8,953 nucleotides of DNA. It comes from Octopus sinensis (lineage: Eukaryota). The DNA is taken from positions 1-8,953 of the forward strand of contig NW_021828156.1 of the NCBI RefSeq assembly GCF_006345805.1, given 5' to 3'. Every line of letters begins with the position of its first letter. Position 1 is the stretch's first letter. A program made the translations under genes and the position numbers. The notes beneath the pieces are model-generated. The model had not been told where the DNA came from. It did not search any database and worked only from the letters and a program-made list of their open reading frames with translations. Shown one piece after another: positions 7,530 to 8,953 of this stretch.

Positions 7530-7790
7530 ATATAAATATGTGTGTGTATGTATGTATGTATGCATGTATGTGTGTGTGTGTATGTGTATTTTGTGTGCCA
7601 GTGTTTGGCATCCGCATCATCGCTTGACAACGGATATTGGGTATTTATGTCTCCATAACTTAGCGGTTCGGCAAAAGCTTTGATCGTATAAGTACTAAGC
7701 TTACAAAGAATAAGTAGTGTGGTCAATTCGGTCAACTAAGGGTGGTGCTCCAGTATGGCCGTAGTTAAATAAAGGCAAAAGAAAAATAAG
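7341..7790 (+). mobile_element. tRNA-derived SINE family 2 (CORE-like), copy B
   Basis: tggctgtggtaag A-box-like, degenerate B box gtgtgcagtccc, core ending ttgtgagtggatttggtaga, internal microsatellite at about 7488-7590, 3' domain catcgcttgacaac...cttagcggttcggcaaaag...ggtgctccagtatggccgtag. Confidence 0.85.
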
Positions 7791-7804
7791 GGAATAAATG
7801 AATA

Positions 7805-7845
7805 TATAGAGAGATAGTTAGATAGATAGATGGATAGATAGACCA
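7805..7845. repeat. (GATA)n-like repeat
   Basis: gagatagttagatagatagatggatagatagac. Confidence 0.85.
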
Positions 7846-7899
7846 GAAGCCATGAAAGCCGATTTGGCTGGTATTGCATCAGAATAACAATTATTATTA

Positions 7900-7978
7900 T
7901 TGCTGTTGTTGATGTTGTTGTTGTTGTTGTTATTGTTGTTGTTGTTGTTGTTTATGTTGTTGTTGTTGTTGTTGTTGT
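7900..7978. repeat. (GTT)n microsatellite
   Basis: Direct reading. Confidence 0.95.
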
Positions 7979-7982
7979 AGTT

Positions 7983-8175
7983 GCAGTGATCTGGCAGAAT
8001 CGTTATGGCATGCTGGGGAAACTGCTTATCGTTATTTTATCTGTCCTTATGATCCCAGTTCAAATTCTTCCGAATTCGTGTTCTGGGGTCGATGAAACAG
8101 GCACCAGTTGAGTATTGGCATGATTGTAAAGTCCTCTCACTCTGAATGCCACTCTTTGTGCTCATATTAGAAAGG
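7983..8175 (+). mobile_element. tRNA-derived SINE family 1, copy 4 (degraded, internal deletions)
   Basis: gcagtgatcTGGCAGAATCGtta (A-box-like, 7992-8002), GTTCAAATTC B box (8058-8067), ggggtcgat...accagttgagtattgg module, and ttgtgctcatattagaaagg followed by the (ATT)n tail. Reverse complement of copies 1-3. Confidence 0.82.

Positions 8176-8250
<75 letters not shown>
8176..8250. repeat. (ATT)n microsatellite, shared tail of the SINE and the opposed LINE-like end
   Basis: Near-perfect trinucleotide array. Confidence 0.95.
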
Positions 8251-8372
8251 CTATGTTTGACTTTTGCTTTATATTTGTACAAGTTGGCTCCAAGTCTCAC
8301 CCAGAGACCTCAAGAGACAACAAGTCGGAAGTTCACGTTGTTGTTATGCCTAGTGTGCCATATATTTGGGGG
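8251..8372 (-). mobile_element. Probable 5'-truncated non-LTR retrotransposon 3' UTR (R4/Dong-like by recall)
   Basis: The minus strand reads caaatatatggcacactaggcataac...ttgaggtctctgggtgagacttggagccaacttgtacaaatataaagcaaaagtcaaacataga then (AAT)n. TGAGGTCTCTGGGTGAGACTTG includes a GTCTC/GAGAC stem. I recall this as an octopus LINE 3' end; no coding part is present to confirm the clade. Confidence 0.5.
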
Positions 8373-8382
8373 GGAGTTGTAC

Positions 8383-8386
8383 TATT

Positions 8387-8441
<55 letters not shown>

Positions 8442-8478
8442 TTTATTATTATTATTTTTATATTATTATATCATCATT
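8383..8478. repeat. (ATT)n microsatellite, degenerate distally
   Basis: Direct reading. Confidence 0.95.
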
Positions 8479-8917
8479 TTTGTTGTCGACTTCGTCATTG
8501 AATTAGATACTGTATACTGCTGTTATTATCTCTATTTTTAGCTGTGGACATTTGTGACTGTAAAGAAATCGACGATTATATTTTAAGAAAAGAAATGTTG
8601 ACGGGTGGGACGAAAGCAAAAACCAAAAAACAAAACAAATAATAATAATAACCGAAGTATGACACGTGAAGTGAAAAATGATCGACCTTCCGTGATTAAA
8701 CAAATCCGCCCTCAGCTGTCAATAGTAATAGAATACAATAGCAGACATGTTGGAATCGTAACTAAACACCAAATTAAAATGGTCATTTGTGCTAACACTT
8801 AGAGTCACCAACCGACAGGATATCAGTTTGTGGAGTAATTTCGAGGCTTCCGATTTATCGTCTAAATACTATGGTTTCTCTCCAGTTGGTTTTGCAAAGC
8901 AATGAAATATTGTTTCC

Positions 8918-8953
8918 TTATATATACATACATACATACATACATACATACAT
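8918..8953. repeat. (TA)n-(TACA)n microsatellite running off the window
   Basis: Direct reading. Confidence 0.9.

Noticed and set aside
7227-7735. Three overlapping minus-strand ORFs
   Set aside because: Antisense read-through of a SINE and its microsatellites.
8037-8541. Poly-Ile, poly-Leu and poly-Tyr ORFs
   Set aside because: Translations of (ATT)n arrays.
8605-8802. 65-aa ORF and scattered E-box motifs (CACGTG, CAGCTG)
   Set aside because: No recognisable homology; isolated hexamers are not distinguishable from chance.
1-8953. CRISPR array, prokaryotic operon or intact transposase/RT gene
   Set aside because: No regularly spaced repeat-spacer units and no long non-repetitive ORF on either strand.

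Overview
AT-rich, microsatellite-dense, non-coding eukaryotic DNA, probably intronic or intergenic. The repeat families look like those I recall from octopus genomes; that assignment is from memory and not database-checked. No protein-coding gene, RNA gene or prokaryotic system is supported, and nearly all supplied ORFs are read-throughs of (TA)n, (CA)n and (ATT)n tracts. The window holds (i) four copies of one tRNA-derived SINE family, three of them head-to-tail at 200-864 (minus) and one at 7983-8250 (plus); (ii) two near-full copies and one 3' fragment of a second tRNA-derived, CORE-like SINE family; (iii) a probable non-LTR retrotransposon 3' end embedded in (TAA)n; (iv) a cluster of probable Penelope-like element (PLE) termini at 2046-2668, with direct and inverted repeats and two decayed CUGANGA hammerhead-like cores; (v) a possible hAT terminus and transposase relic at 2780-2965. 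Several short minus-strand exon candidates are speculative. I found no convincing novel system; the best leads are the hammerhead-like PLE-end cluster, the microsatellite-associated SINE/LINE insertions and a possible 21-nt microexon.
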